From Mollicutes bacterium (GTDB taxonomy: Bacteria > Bacillota_I > Bacilli_A > RF39 > UBA660): a DNA stretch of 57,376 nt. The notes beneath the pieces are model-generated. The model ran no database searches. It was not told the DNA's origin and saw only the letters and a program-made list of their open reading frames with translations. The position numbers and the translations under genes were made by a program. The stretch spans positions 1 through 57,376 of the forward strand of contig DUQO01000039.1 of NCBI GenBank assembly GCA_012837765.1, given 5' to 3'. Shown one piece after another: positions 37,055-45,404 of the stretch; the first letter of the stretch is position 1, and each line of letters starts with the position of its first letter.

Positions 37055-37055
37055 G

Positions 37056-37092
37056 TAAAAAAAGAACCTCTATTGTTTAATTTGAGGTTCTT
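37056..37092 (-). terminator. Terminator of the 37070-37471 gene, overlapping its stop codon
   Basis: AAGAACCTC (37062-37070) / GAGGTTCTT (37084-37092). The plus-strand A7 run gives a minus-strand T-run. Confidence 0.65.
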
Positions 37093-37471
37093 CTATTAGT
37101 GAACTTAGGTCTACATAATTTGACAAATCAGATGACATAATATTTCTAACATCATTAGGTGTTATTTTTTTTCCTTGAACATTATATGTTGTAAAATTAT
37201 ATGGAACGTTTTGTAAAGGCATTTTATATAGCATTATATCTTTTTTACCTTTTTTACCCGAGATACAAAATATATAATTTTCTTTGTTTTTCCTGGATGT
37301 AACAGCATTATATACTATCTCATGATAAGCATCTATATCGTTTGTAGGTTCTTTGGCAAAACCTAAAAAGTTACCAAGCCTTTTTGATACGTTACGTTCT
37401 TGTGGTTTATCAAATTTTATCCATTCCTGAATAATATCCCAATTTTGATTATAAATGTATTTAGATGACAC
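37070..37471 (-). CDS. Hypothetical protein. Minimal GTG-initiated version of a reading frame that stays open a further 101 codons upstream.
   Basis: The frame is open from 37774 to 37070 (checked codon by codon). The only ATG/GTG/TTG in it is the GTG at 37471, which lacks an obvious SD. Confidence 0.55.
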   Translation of the reverse strand: MSSKYIYNQNWDIIQEWIKFDKPQERNVSKRLGNFLGFAKEPTNDIDAYHEIVYNAVTSRKNKENYIFCISGKKGKKDIMLYKMPLQNVPYNFTTYNVQGKKITPNDVRNIMSSDLSNYVDLSSLIEEPQIKQ

Positions 37472-37731
37472 ATTTGATTCTTTAATAATACACTCATCTA
37501 AGACGTACCTTGTGTTAGGAAATGAATTTGATCTATTTGATACTAAAACATTGCGAGAAAAAGAGTCAGAAGACTTATTATATATTTCGTTAGTAATTAT
37601 TGTAACATTTGATATATACCGTTCGTTTGTAGTAATAGTATTTTCTTTGATGTTAATTACTACTTGATCTCCTTCTATTTTTATTTTATATTCATTGATA
37701 ATAGATAAAGGCTCGTTTATTCCTGTTACTC

Positions 37732-37950
37732 TTAATGGCTTGGTTTTTTTGTAAGAGAAATGATAATTACACCATCATCATTCATTTTATATACTGCATC
37801 TTGCTCTATTAAAGTAACCATCTTCTTTAAGTGTTCAATAAAAGAGGCATTCCTTTTATCTTTTAAATATTTAGGCATTTTAGCAAGAAAAAGAGTTAAA
37901 AATTCTTTTTTCTTTTGTTTTATATCAAGTTCTTGTTTTAATTTATCCAT
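37732..37950 (-). CDS. Hypothetical small protein, possibly the N-terminal part of a frameshifted ~293-aa gene (~297 aa if translation begins at ATG 37962)
   Basis: ATG 37950 (MDKLKQELDIKQKKKEF...) has GGAG 6 nt upstream. The stop lies 10 nt after the A7 tract. Confidence 0.5.
   Translation of the reverse strand: MDKLKQELDIKQKKKEFLTLFLAKMPKYLKDKRNASFIEHLKKMVTLIEQDAVYKMNDDGVIIISLTKKPSH
37744..37750 (-). other. A7 homopolymer (A AAA AAA in the upstream ORF frame) at the junction of two overlapping reading frames
   Basis: The plus strand has T7 at 37744-37750. A -1 slip or a +1A indel here joins ORF 37732-37962 to the open frame that ends at 37070. Confidence 0.9.
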
Positions 37951-38060
37951 AACAAACTCCATATAAGTCTTTATATTTTATATATTATCATAAATCATTA
38001 CAATAACAAATGTTTTTACTACCATTTAAACAAAATTTACAGATTAAATAAATTACCAAA

Positions 38061-38086
38061 ACAAAAAAAGAGAAATAAATTCTCTT
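38061..38086 (-). terminator. Rho-independent terminator of cotE
   Basis: AAGAGAA (38068-38074) / TTCTCTT (38080-38086). T-run on the minus strand. Confidence 0.65.
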
Positions 38087-38104
38087 GTTTACGATACAAA
38101 TTAT

Positions 38105-38641
38105 TTATTGATTTATAAAATCTTCAGTGACACTCTCTTCAATTTCTTTATTTACATCTTCTGTTACCTCATCTTCTATAATATCCCATGGTTCTTCATC
38201 CTCTTCAACCGAAATCTTAACTTTTGCATCACCGACAAGTTCAACACCTAACTCTTTTTCAATTTCGTATTCGATAATTCCGTCTTTTATTTCTACCCTG
38301 TTACAACTAGGTTGATTTAATGCTCTAACAATAATTTCAGTATCTCCACTAAGTTCATGATCTTCTTTAGCTTTTACATTGATTACCTCACTATAATCTA
38401 CGGTTTTACTAACAACCCCTGTTTTACTATCATCATCATATGAATACCATATATTTACATCAAATGATCCATCAACCATGATTTTATCCCCTGTTTTATA
38501 GCCTCTAAATTTATGGTTAATGACCCAACATCCCAATACAGTTGAAGGTAATACTTCCGTCTTCAAATTATATACATTTTTAAAATGTTTTTTAGCCTTA
38601 CCAACAACAGCCTTTGTAACAATTTCTCTATATTTTCCCAC
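38105..38641 (-). CDS. cotE: Outer spore coat morphogenetic protein CotE
   Basis: GKYREIVTKAVVGKAKK...LGCWVINHKF...DVNIWYSY and an acidic C-terminal tail match remembered B. subtilis CotE along the length. GTG start with a GAGGAGGG SD. Confidence 0.85.
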   Translation of the reverse strand: MGKYREIVTKAVVGKAKKHFKNVYNLKTEVLPSTVLGCWVINHKFRGYKTGDKIMVDGSFDVNIWYSYDDDSKTGVVSKTVDYSEVINVKAKEDHELSGDTEIIVRALNQPSCNRVEIKDGIIEYEIEKELGVELVGDAKVKISVEEDEEPWDIIEDEVTEDVNKEIEESVTEDFINQ

Positions 38642-38659
38642 TTATTTCCCTCCTCATTT

Positions 38660-38687
38660 TAATTTATGCTTTAAACATAAAAAAAGT
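38660..38687 (-). promoter_or_regulatory. Possible sigma-K-type promoter of cotE
   Basis: On the minus strand: AC (38686-38687), 17-nt spacer, CATAAATTA (38660-38668), which fits AC-17-CATAnnnTA. The predicted leader would be very short. Confidence 0.3.
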
Positions 38688-38695
38688 GCCTAAAT

Positions 38696-38929
38696 TCACA
38701 CTTTCATTTTAACCAAAATAACATCTTCTCCTATTTTTTCAATTTCAGGCCAGTATATTTCAAATTCTTGACGGGATGAAAAAACATTTAGAAAAAAATG
38801 ATTTGGTTCGACAACTAAAGCTTCTATTTGACCTGTTCTTTCTTCTATTTTAATATCGATTATATTACCTATTTTTTTACCGTCAATAATACTTATAACA
38901 TCTTTACTTTGCAAATCAGACAAACGCAT
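38696..38929 (-). CDS. ylmC: YlmC/YmxH-family sporulation protein (PRC-barrel)
   Basis: MRLSDLQSKDVISIIDGKKIGNIIDIKIEERTGQIEALVV pattern. 77 aa. Lies downstream of sigG. Confidence 0.8.
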   Translation of the reverse strand: MRLSDLQSKDVISIIDGKKIGNIIDIKIEERTGQIEALVVEPNHFFLNVFSSRQEFEIYWPEIEKIGEDVILVKMKV

Positions 38930-39039
38930 ATTACCACCTATTTAATTATATTCATAGGTCCTTTTATAATTCAAAAAGCTTATTTTTAATCTTAAATAAA
39001 AAAACATAATAATATAAAACAAACTTTATACAATTATGT

Positions 39040-39816
39040 TTATCTAATTATTTTTTTAACATGATCAATAGCATTTTTTTCAAGTCTCGATACTTGAGCT
39101 TGTGATATTCCAATTTCTTCAGCTATTTCCATTTGGGTTTTTCCTACAATGAAACGATCAAATAATATTTGACGTTCCTTTTTTTTTAATTTTTCCATAG
39201 CATCATTTAACGCTATCGTAATATCCCAATTTCTAGCATTCTCATCTCTACTTTCAAGTTGATCTGCTAAGTAAATAGTATCACCGCCATCATTATATAT
39301 TGGTTCAAACATACTAACTGGTTCCCTTAAAGCATCTAATGCTACCAAAACATCTATTTCATCCATACCAAGATGAATACTAATCATTTCTAAGGTAGGT
39401 TCTTTGCCATATTTGTTTGTTAATTCTTCCTTTAATCTTAATGCTTTAAAAGCTAAATCTTTAAGACTTCTTGAAATTCTTATACTGTTATTATCTCTTA
39501 AATATCTTTTTACTTCACCTACTATCATTGGAACAGCATATGTTGAAAATCTAACGTTATGAGACAAATCAAAATTATCAATAGCTTTTATTAAACCAAT
39601 ACAACCTATTTGAAATAAATCATCCATATTATCAGTTCTATGATTAAATTTTTTTAAAATACTCAATACTAATTTTAAATTACCATTTACCAATTGTTCA
39701 CGAGCATTAGTATCACCATTTTTATATTTTATAAAAAGATTGTACATTTCATCATTTTTTAACACCTTTATCATCGAGGTGTTAATACCTGTAATTTCTA
39801 CTTTATGTTTTGCCAA
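39040..39816 (-). CDS. sigG: Forespore RNA polymerase sigma factor SigG
   Basis: KVEITGINTS...LVNGNLKLVLS, DNFDLSHNVRFSTYAVPMIVGEVKRYLRDNNSIRISRSL and ISQAQVSRLEK segments. TTG start. Follows spoIIGA-sigE. Confidence 0.88.
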   Translation of the reverse strand: MAKHKVEITGINTSMIKVLKNDEMYNLFIKYKNGDTNAREQLVNGNLKLVLSILKKFNHRTDNMDDLFQIGCIGLIKAIDNFDLSHNVRFSTYAVPMIVGEVKRYLRDNNSIRISRSLKDLAFKALRLKEELTNKYGKEPTLEMISIHLGMDEIDVLVALDALREPVSMFEPIYNDGGDTIYLADQLESRDENARNWDITIALNDAMEKLKKKERQILFDRFIVGKTQMEIAEEIGISQAQVSRLEKNAIDHVKKIIR

Positions 39817-39837
39817 AATAAAAACCCCTTTCAGCTC

Positions 39838-39867
39838 TATATTGATACCAAAAAGAGTTTTTTATAC
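39838..39867 (-). promoter_or_regulatory. Possible sigma-F/G-type promoter of sigG
   Basis: On the minus strand: GTATA (39863-39867), 18-nt spacer, CAATATA (39838-39844). Confidence 0.3.
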
Positions 39868-39890
39868 AAAATATACTGTTTTCTTTGTAA

Positions 39891-40619
39891 TTATTTCTTT
39901 TTAGATGATATAACAGTACTAATGCACGCGATTGATAAAGCAACTATTGTTATTGCTATAGCGCCAATAGTACCTAAAATTAGATAATTTGGCCCTGTAG
40001 TAGTATCATTTGTATTTGTAGAATCATTTAAACCTGTAGAATCATTTGATTCAATCGAATACTCAAAATTAATACCCTCTCTAAGTATTGTAGAATAATC
40101 CCAAGTATATGTATCGTTTTCTACTGTTGTAGCATTATGAACAGTAGTTGTTCCAGCTACTTTTAAATTGAAGTTTAAATCAATTAGTTCAAGAAACATT
40201 TGATTCTGCTCATAAGTTTCCGGATCTGCAGATGAAGTTATAAAAACTTTGTTTCCTTCCCTTTTAGCTTCTATCTTTATTGTATCATCTTTACCGATTT
40301 GTTCATCTGAATCACCTGAATCATCTGAAAGACTTAAAAAGATCTCATTTAATTCCTCAATTGAAGAAAATGACGCAGAAATTCTCTTCCCAATATATGT
40401 TTTTCCATTTTTTTCAAGAGTAATGTCTTCAATTATAGCATTAGGGATTTCACCTATTGAACTTTCCCAATCAGTTTCATCATCGGATTCAACACGAGTA
40501 ACTGTCAAGAAAAATTGCCCAGCACCATTCTCATTAATAGTAATATCATATGCAGCAACGACACAACCACTTAATAAAAACATTATACATGCTAATAATA
40601 AAAACCTCATCTTTTTCAT
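39891..40619 (-). CDS. Lipoprotein with a C-terminal TM anchor (LppM/DUF3153-like architecture)
   Basis: Signal peptide plus lipobox FLLSG|C. An acidic, S/T/N-rich ectodomain. C-terminal helix LILGTIGAIAITIVALSIACISTVI followed by KKK. Confidence 0.65.
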   Translation of the reverse strand: MKKMRFLLLACIMFLLSGCVVAAYDITINENGAGQFFLTVTRVESDDETDWESSIGEIPNAIIEDITLEKNGKTYIGKRISASFSSIEELNEIFLSLSDDSGDSDEQIGKDDTIKIEAKREGNKVFITSSADPETYEQNQMFLELIDLNFNLKVAGTTTVHNATTVENDTYTWDYSTILREGINFEYSIESNDSTGLNDSTNTNDTTTGPNYLILGTIGAIAITIVALSIACISTVISSKKK

Positions 40620-40824
40620 TTTATTCCTCCTATTATATTACAGGTTAATTGTATCATATATAATTTTTTATAAATAAATCGCAATTAAAATTTGTCGTTT
40701 GTTGACATAAAATATAAACTGTGTCATTCAAATAGTATATTAAAGCATAGTAAACACTACATTATAGTTCGTGATTTAAAAATCACCTTTCTTCAACATT
40801 CTAAAAACTTACAAAGATATTTAA

Positions 40825-40858
40825 TAAAAAAAGAAATAAGTTTTTTGGACTTATCTCC
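40825..40858 (-). terminator. Probable terminator of the GreA-like gene
   Basis: Imperfect stem ATAAGT / ACTTAT plus 2 bp. The plus-strand A7 run gives a T-run on the minus strand. Confidence 0.5.
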
Positions 40859-40877
40859 TTTTTATTGTACTAATGTA

Positions 40878-41351
40878 TTATTTGCTTTTTATTTTAGTAG
40901 GAACATTATAAGGATTTTCATTTAGGTTGTTTTTGTTTATATTTAGTGCTTTTTCAATTTCTATGATTTTTATATGTTCTTCACTATATGGTGTTTTGTA
41001 AGTAACTTCATCGCCAATTTTATGTTTATAAAGAGCTTTCCCTAAGTCTGATAAAATTGAAACAGTCCCCTCTCTAAAATTACCATTAAAAGCTACCAAC
41101 TTTCTTACCTCTACCTCATCAGAACAAACAAAAGTTACTACATCGCCAATTTCAACCACATCTGTTAAAGTATTGTTTAGTTCTATTATTTCAGCATTCA
41201 CTAACTTTGAATACAATTTATTGATTTCCCATAATAAAGAACGTTGTTCTTCTGCTGGTGTTTTATAAAGTGATGAATTAAGATTGTTGATTTTTTCCCT
41301 AAGATTTTCATAATCTTCTCTTGTCATTTTTATTTTTTCTTGATTTTCCAT
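40878..41351 (-). CDS. GreA/GreB-family protein lacking the acidic-tip motif (Rnk/Gfh-like)
   Basis: ATG 41351 has an AAGGAGA SD. Short N-terminal coiled coil without GDLSENAEY. C-terminal FKBP-like part VSILSDLGKALYKHKIGDEVTY. Confidence 0.65.
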   Translation of the reverse strand: MENQEKIKMTREDYENLREKINNLNSSLYKTPAEEQRSLLWEINKLYSKLVNAEIIELNNTLTDVVEIGDVVTFVCSDEVEVRKLVAFNGNFREGTVSILSDLGKALYKHKIGDEVTYKTPYSEEHIKIIEIEKALNINKNNLNENPYNVPTKIKSK

Positions 41352-41475
41352 ATCTTTTCTCCTTTTCATAAAAGCACAATATAGGATATCAGCATATGTT
41401 AAAAATGTCAACCTTGATTTTTAACAACTCTTTAATTACGTAATTTCTTGGAAAATAAAAATAAGGTATACACAA

Positions 41476-42177
41476 CTAATATTTATATGCCTTTACAACC
41501 GATTTAAGTTTTCTTATAACTTTCTTTTCTATTCTTGAAATATATGATTGTGATATACCTAACAATTCAGCTACATCCTTTTGAGTCATTTCTTCTTTTT
41601 TTTCTAATCCATATCTTAATACCATAATTTTTTTATCCCGCGGATCTAATTTTTCTATTTCTTCAATTAACATTTCTCTTTCAACTTCAGATTCTAATTC
41701 TCTTGTAACTATATCAGGTTCTGTTCCTAAAACATCTTCCAAATGTAATTCATTACCATCCATATCAAAACTAAGTGACTCTTCAAAACTAACCTCACAT
41801 CTTCTTCGTTTATTTTTTCTAAGAAACATTAATATTTCATTATCAATACACCTAGAAGCATATGTTGCTAATTTAATGTTTTTATCCATTTTATATGTAT
41901 TTATAGCTTTAATTAAACCAATTGTACCAATACTTACTAAATCTTCTAAATCAATATTAGTATTTTCATATTTTTTTGCTAAAAAAACGACTAATCTTAA
42001 ATTATGTTCTATTAACTTATTTTTCGCATCTACATCCCCCTCAGCTTTTAATTCTAGATAATATTGCTCCATATCTTTTGTTAAAGGTTCTGGTAAAATA
42101 TCAGTACTACCAACAAAAAAAACTTGTTTTGCTCTAAAAAATATATTTAACAACTTTTGTATTACTTTTCTAATCAT
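41476..42177 (-). CDS. sigE: Mother-cell sigma factor precursor pro-SigE
   Basis: ATG 42177 has a GGAGGG SD inside the spoIIGA 3' end. Pro-sequence, then LPEPLTKDMEQYYL, KLATYASRCIDNEILMFLRK and ISQSYISRIEKK. Confidence 0.9.
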   Translation of the reverse strand: MIRKVIQKLLNIFFRAKQVFFVGSTDILPEPLTKDMEQYYLELKAEGDVDAKNKLIEHNLRLVVFLAKKYENTNIDLEDLVSIGTIGLIKAINTYKMDKNIKLATYASRCIDNEILMFLRKNKRRRCEVSFEESLSFDMDGNELHLEDVLGTEPDIVTRELESEVEREMLIEEIEKLDPRDKKIMVLRYGLEKKEEMTQKDVAELLGISQSYISRIEKKVIRKLKSVVKAYKY

Positions 42178-42178
42178 T

Positions 42179-42967
42179 TTATCCCTCCAATAATTTAGTA
42201 TGTAATATACAATCCACACCATCAATATTAATTTTTTTTTCTGATATTCCTATTAATAAATTAGTTCTTATGCCTACTCCTAAAATTACTATTTTATCTG
42301 GTTTAATGCATTTTAAAAGACCTTTATGATTTAATGATTCATACGGAACTAAAATAACATCTTCCTCGTTATAACGATTTTCTAACTCACTCTTTGATAC
42401 TAAAATAATAGGTCTTTTACGATAAGGATCAATTAGGTGATTGCCTGTATCTAAAAAAGCACTAACATTTATTTTTTTATCTTTATAATATATGTCCACT
42501 AAATAGTAATTAGAATAATTATTTTTAAGATATAAACCTTGTTTCAAATATAAATATAAAATAAGAGGAGAAGAAAAAAGAAGAACTATCCAATTGATAC
42601 TAAGACCATTATGATAAAAAATTAATCCTTCTTGTTTGTATGAAAATTCAACATTTAATAAATATAAAAAACCACCTAATACAATACTTGTCATATATAA
42701 ATATAAGAGATTACGAAAAGTATATTTTAAATCCTTATATTTAAAACTAGTTATAACCATAAGAATGCTAGTACACATTTTTAAAGCAAACAACTGAATT
42801 GATGAAAGATCTAAAAATAAAAACAAAATTGATAAGGAACCTATGAAAGAACCTAATAACAATCTTTTCAATGAAGCATAACGCCTTAACAAAAGGCCTA
42901 CTACCATCAAAAGAAGAAAATCAAACAAAAAATTCAAAATTAAGATGAGATCTAAATATACTTTCAC
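42179..42967 (-). CDS. spoIIGA: Sigma-E processing aspartic protease SpoIIGA
   Basis: GTG 42967 has an AGGTGA SD. N-terminus (V)KVYLDLILILNFLFDFLLL. Five or so TM helices. FLDTGN catalytic motif. The longer track ORF starts inside the terminator hairpin. Confidence 0.85.
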   Translation of the reverse strand: MKVYLDLILILNFLFDFLLLMVVGLLLRRYASLKRLLLGSFIGSLSILFLFLDLSSIQLFALKMCTSILMVITSFKYKDLKYTFRNLLYLYMTSIVLGGFLYLLNVEFSYKQEGLIFYHNGLSINWIVLLFSSPLILYLYLKQGLYLKNNYSNYYLVDIYYKDKKINVSAFLDTGNHLIDPYRKRPIILVSKSELENRYNEEDVILVPYESLNHKGLLKCIKPDKIVILGVGIRTNLLIGISEKKINIDGVDCILHTKLLEG

Positions 42968-42990
42968 GTTATCACCTAAAAATAGTATAA

Positions 42991-43021
42991 AAAAAAGACA
43001 CATCATAAAGTGTCTTTTTTT
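42991..43021 (-). terminator. Hairpin terminator immediately after ftsZ
   Basis: AAAAGACAC (42993-43001) / GTGTCTTTT (43010-43018), flanked by an A-run and a T-run. On the minus strand T8 follows the stem. Confidence 0.75.
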
Positions 43022-43024
43022 GTT

Positions 43025-44086
43025 TTAATCAACATTTTTGTTTCTTCTTAAAAAAGGAGGTATATCTAATTCTGTTTCTAATTCTTCAACTATTTTTTCA
43101 GGTGTATAAACTTCTTCTTTAACTAATTCTGGATTAACTGGTTCTTCAAAACCGGTTGCAATAATTGTAACAACTACTTCATCATTTAAGGCTTCGTTAA
43201 TTACTGCTCCAAATATTACGTTAATATCAGTATTAGCAGCTGACCTAACAACTTCTGCTGCATCTTCAACCTCAAATAATGTTAAACCTGCACCTCCTGT
43301 TACGTTGATAATAGCATTGGTCGCACCAACGATACTTGACTCAAGTAATGGAGATGACACAGCTTGTTTAGCCGCTTCAATAGCTCTATTTTCACCTGAT
43401 CCTATACCTATACCAATAAGAGCGTTACCACTCTTTTCCATTACTGACTTAACGTCTGCAAAGTCAAGGTTGATAAGTCCTGTTACAGCTATAAGGTCAG
43501 ATATTGATTGAACACCTCGTCTTAATACATTATCTACTTCTCTAAACGAATCGACAAGCGAAGTAGATTTGTCGATGATTTCTCGTAATCTATCGTTAGG
43601 AATTATTATTAAAGTATCAACATGTTTCTTTAGTTCTTCTAAACCGTGTAGTGCATGCGCCATACGTTTTTTACCTTCAAAGCTAAATGGCTTAGTTACA
43701 ATTCCCACAGTTAGAGCACCTAAGCTTTGAGCTATTTCGGCAACAACAGGAGCAGCTCCTGTTCCGGTTCCGCCACCCATTCCACATGTAACAAAGACCA
43801 TGTTCGCGTCTTTTAAAGCATCTCTTATTTCATCTTTTGATTCTAAAGCGGCTTCCTTACCTACAGAAGGATTAGCTCCAGCACCCAATCCATTAGTTAT
43901 CTTTTGACCAATTTGTAATTTAATTGGGGCTTTTGAACTATTTAAAACTTGTAAATCAGTATTAACAACAATAAATTCAACACCTTTAACGCCTGATTCA
44001 ATCATACGATTAACGGCATTATTTCCTGCACCACCAATTCCTACTACTTTAATTTTTGCTATTTGATCCATTTCTAATCCAAACAT
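43025..44086 (-). CDS. ftsZ: Cell division GTPase FtsZ
   Basis: [13 protein letters not shown] and [11 protein letters not shown] motifs. AGGAGG SD. Confidence 0.95.
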   Translation of the reverse strand: MFGLEMDQIAKIKVVGIGGAGNNAVNRMIESGVKGVEFIVVNTDLQVLNSSKAPIKLQIGQKITNGLGAGANPSVGKEAALESKDEIRDALKDANMVFVTCGMGGGTGTGAAPVVAEIAQSLGALTVGIVTKPFSFEGKKRMAHALHGLEELKKHVDTLIIIPNDRLREIIDKSTSLVDSFREVDNVLRRGVQSISDLIAVTGLINLDFADVKSVMEKSGNALIGIGIGSGENRAIEAAKQAVSSPLLESSIVGATNAIINVTGGAGLTLFEVEDAAEVVRSAANTDINVIFGAVINEALNDEVVVTIIATGFEEPVNPELVKEEVYTPEKIVEELETELDIPPFLRRNKNVD

Positions 44087-44099
44087 ACATCATATCCTC

Positions 44100-45347
44100 C
44101 TATTTATCAAAAAAGTATCCAAAGACTTTTCCTAGTATCGAGTCTTCAGTAATATTCAATACCCCTTTTCGTGACGAAAGCAGTTCTTCTTCATCATCCT
44201 CATCAAACATTGTATATTTTTTACCTCTCAGATTTAACTTTTCATGAAAGAACTTTATCATTCCAGACAAAGCAGCATATCTATTATCTCTAATACCCAT
44301 CGTTTCAATATTACCAATTCTTGCTTCTTTACCAAAAATATCACCTGTTAAAGAAGACATGCCAGGCATTTCACTCATACCGCCTGTAATTATTATATAA
44401 CTATTTTCCTTATTTGTTAAGAGCGAAGCTTGCTTTTTTGCAAGTTTCAGTATTTCAACTACTCTAGACATTACTATTTCTGATACTTCTAATTGATTTA
44501 ATCTTATTTCCTTTTTATAAGTATCGAAAACTTCTATTATTTCACTACCCTGTGCATATTGTCTATTAGCAATAGCAAAAGATTCTTTTAGTTTTAATGC
44601 ATCTTCTCGGCTTATTTTTTTTATATACGCAATATCGTTATCAATATTACGGCCACCTAAAGGAATAGTTTCAGCTGCTTTAATGACTCCCTTTTCAAAG
44701 GTTGCTACATTTGTAAGATCTGATCCAATACTTATTATAGCACCTGATAACTTGTCCATATCTTTATTACGGTATTCAAAATATTCACCTATAACACCAA
44801 TGTTAGTATCGATTACTTCTAAGCCTAAGCTTTCTAAGATACTTATTATTGCATACAAGTTCTTTTTTGATGTCATAACGTTTATAGCTCTTACACCAAG
44901 TTTCTTTCCAACCATACCTTTCGGGTCTTTAATTCCAGCTTTGTTATCTAAAACAAATTCTATAGGTATAATTGTTACAAGTTCTTCATCATTACCCACT
45001 TTGTTATATACACAAGCTTGAAGTGCCCTAGTTATATCATTACCAGTTACCTTACCATCTTCGTTATCGATAGTAGCATACCCATCTACTTCATTAAATT
45101 TCATCGAATACAATGGAATGCTTGCAATAACCTTTTTGATTTTTACACCTAGTTTTCCTTCAGCTATATCGATTGCTTCTTTGATGCTTGACATAACCTC
45201 ATTCGCATCTATAATCAACCCTTTTTTGACTCCTTTAGTTCTAACACAAGAGGTTGTTAAAACAATTAATCGGCCTTTAAACATTTCGCCAACTAATATT
45301 TTAATGCTACTTGAGCCTATATCAATACTAGTGTATATTCTTCTCAT
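44100..45347 (-). CDS. ftsA: Cell division protein FtsA
   Basis: IDIGSSSIK actin-fold motif. ATG 45347 has an AAAGGTGA SD. C-terminal amphipathic tail. Confidence 0.92.
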   Translation of the reverse strand: MRRIYTSIDIGSSSIKILVGEMFKGRLIVLTTSCVRTKGVKKGLIIDANEVMSSIKEAIDIAEGKLGVKIKKVIASIPLYSMKFNEVDGYATIDNEDGKVTGNDITRALQACVYNKVGNDEELVTIIPIEFVLDNKAGIKDPKGMVGKKLGVRAINVMTSKKNLYAIISILESLGLEVIDTNIGVIGEYFEYRNKDMDKLSGAIISIGSDLTNVATFEKGVIKAAETIPLGGRNIDNDIAYIKKISREDALKLKESFAIANRQYAQGSEIIEVFDTYKKEIRLNQLEVSEIVMSRVVEILKLAKKQASLLTNKENSYIIITGGMSEMPGMSSLTGDIFGKEARIGNIETMGIRDNRYAALSGMIKFFHEKLNLRGKKYTMFDEDDEEELLSSRKGVLNITEDSILGKVFGYFFDK

Positions 45348-45404
45348 GACAATCACCTTTGTACTTCTTTAATTATACTATAAATCCAAAAAAAAAACCA
45401 ATGA

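Noticed and set aside
40620-40877. The 258-bp spacer upstream of the lipoprotein gene, examined for a riboswitch or leader structure and for the 77-aa plus-strand ORF at 40692-40925.
   Set aside because: Only a short GTGATTT/AAATCAC hairpin and the upstream gene's terminator are evident. The plus-strand ORF has no SD and overlaps the terminator and the 3' end of the GreA-like gene. No conserved riboswitch core motifs were recognised.
43500-43560. TCGACAA and TTTGTCGAT motifs inside ftsZ, considered as possible Spo0A boxes for spoIIGA.
   Set aside because: Each has a mismatch to TGTCGAA. They lie about 500 bp upstream of spoIIGA inside conserved coding sequence, so codon constraints explain them equally well.
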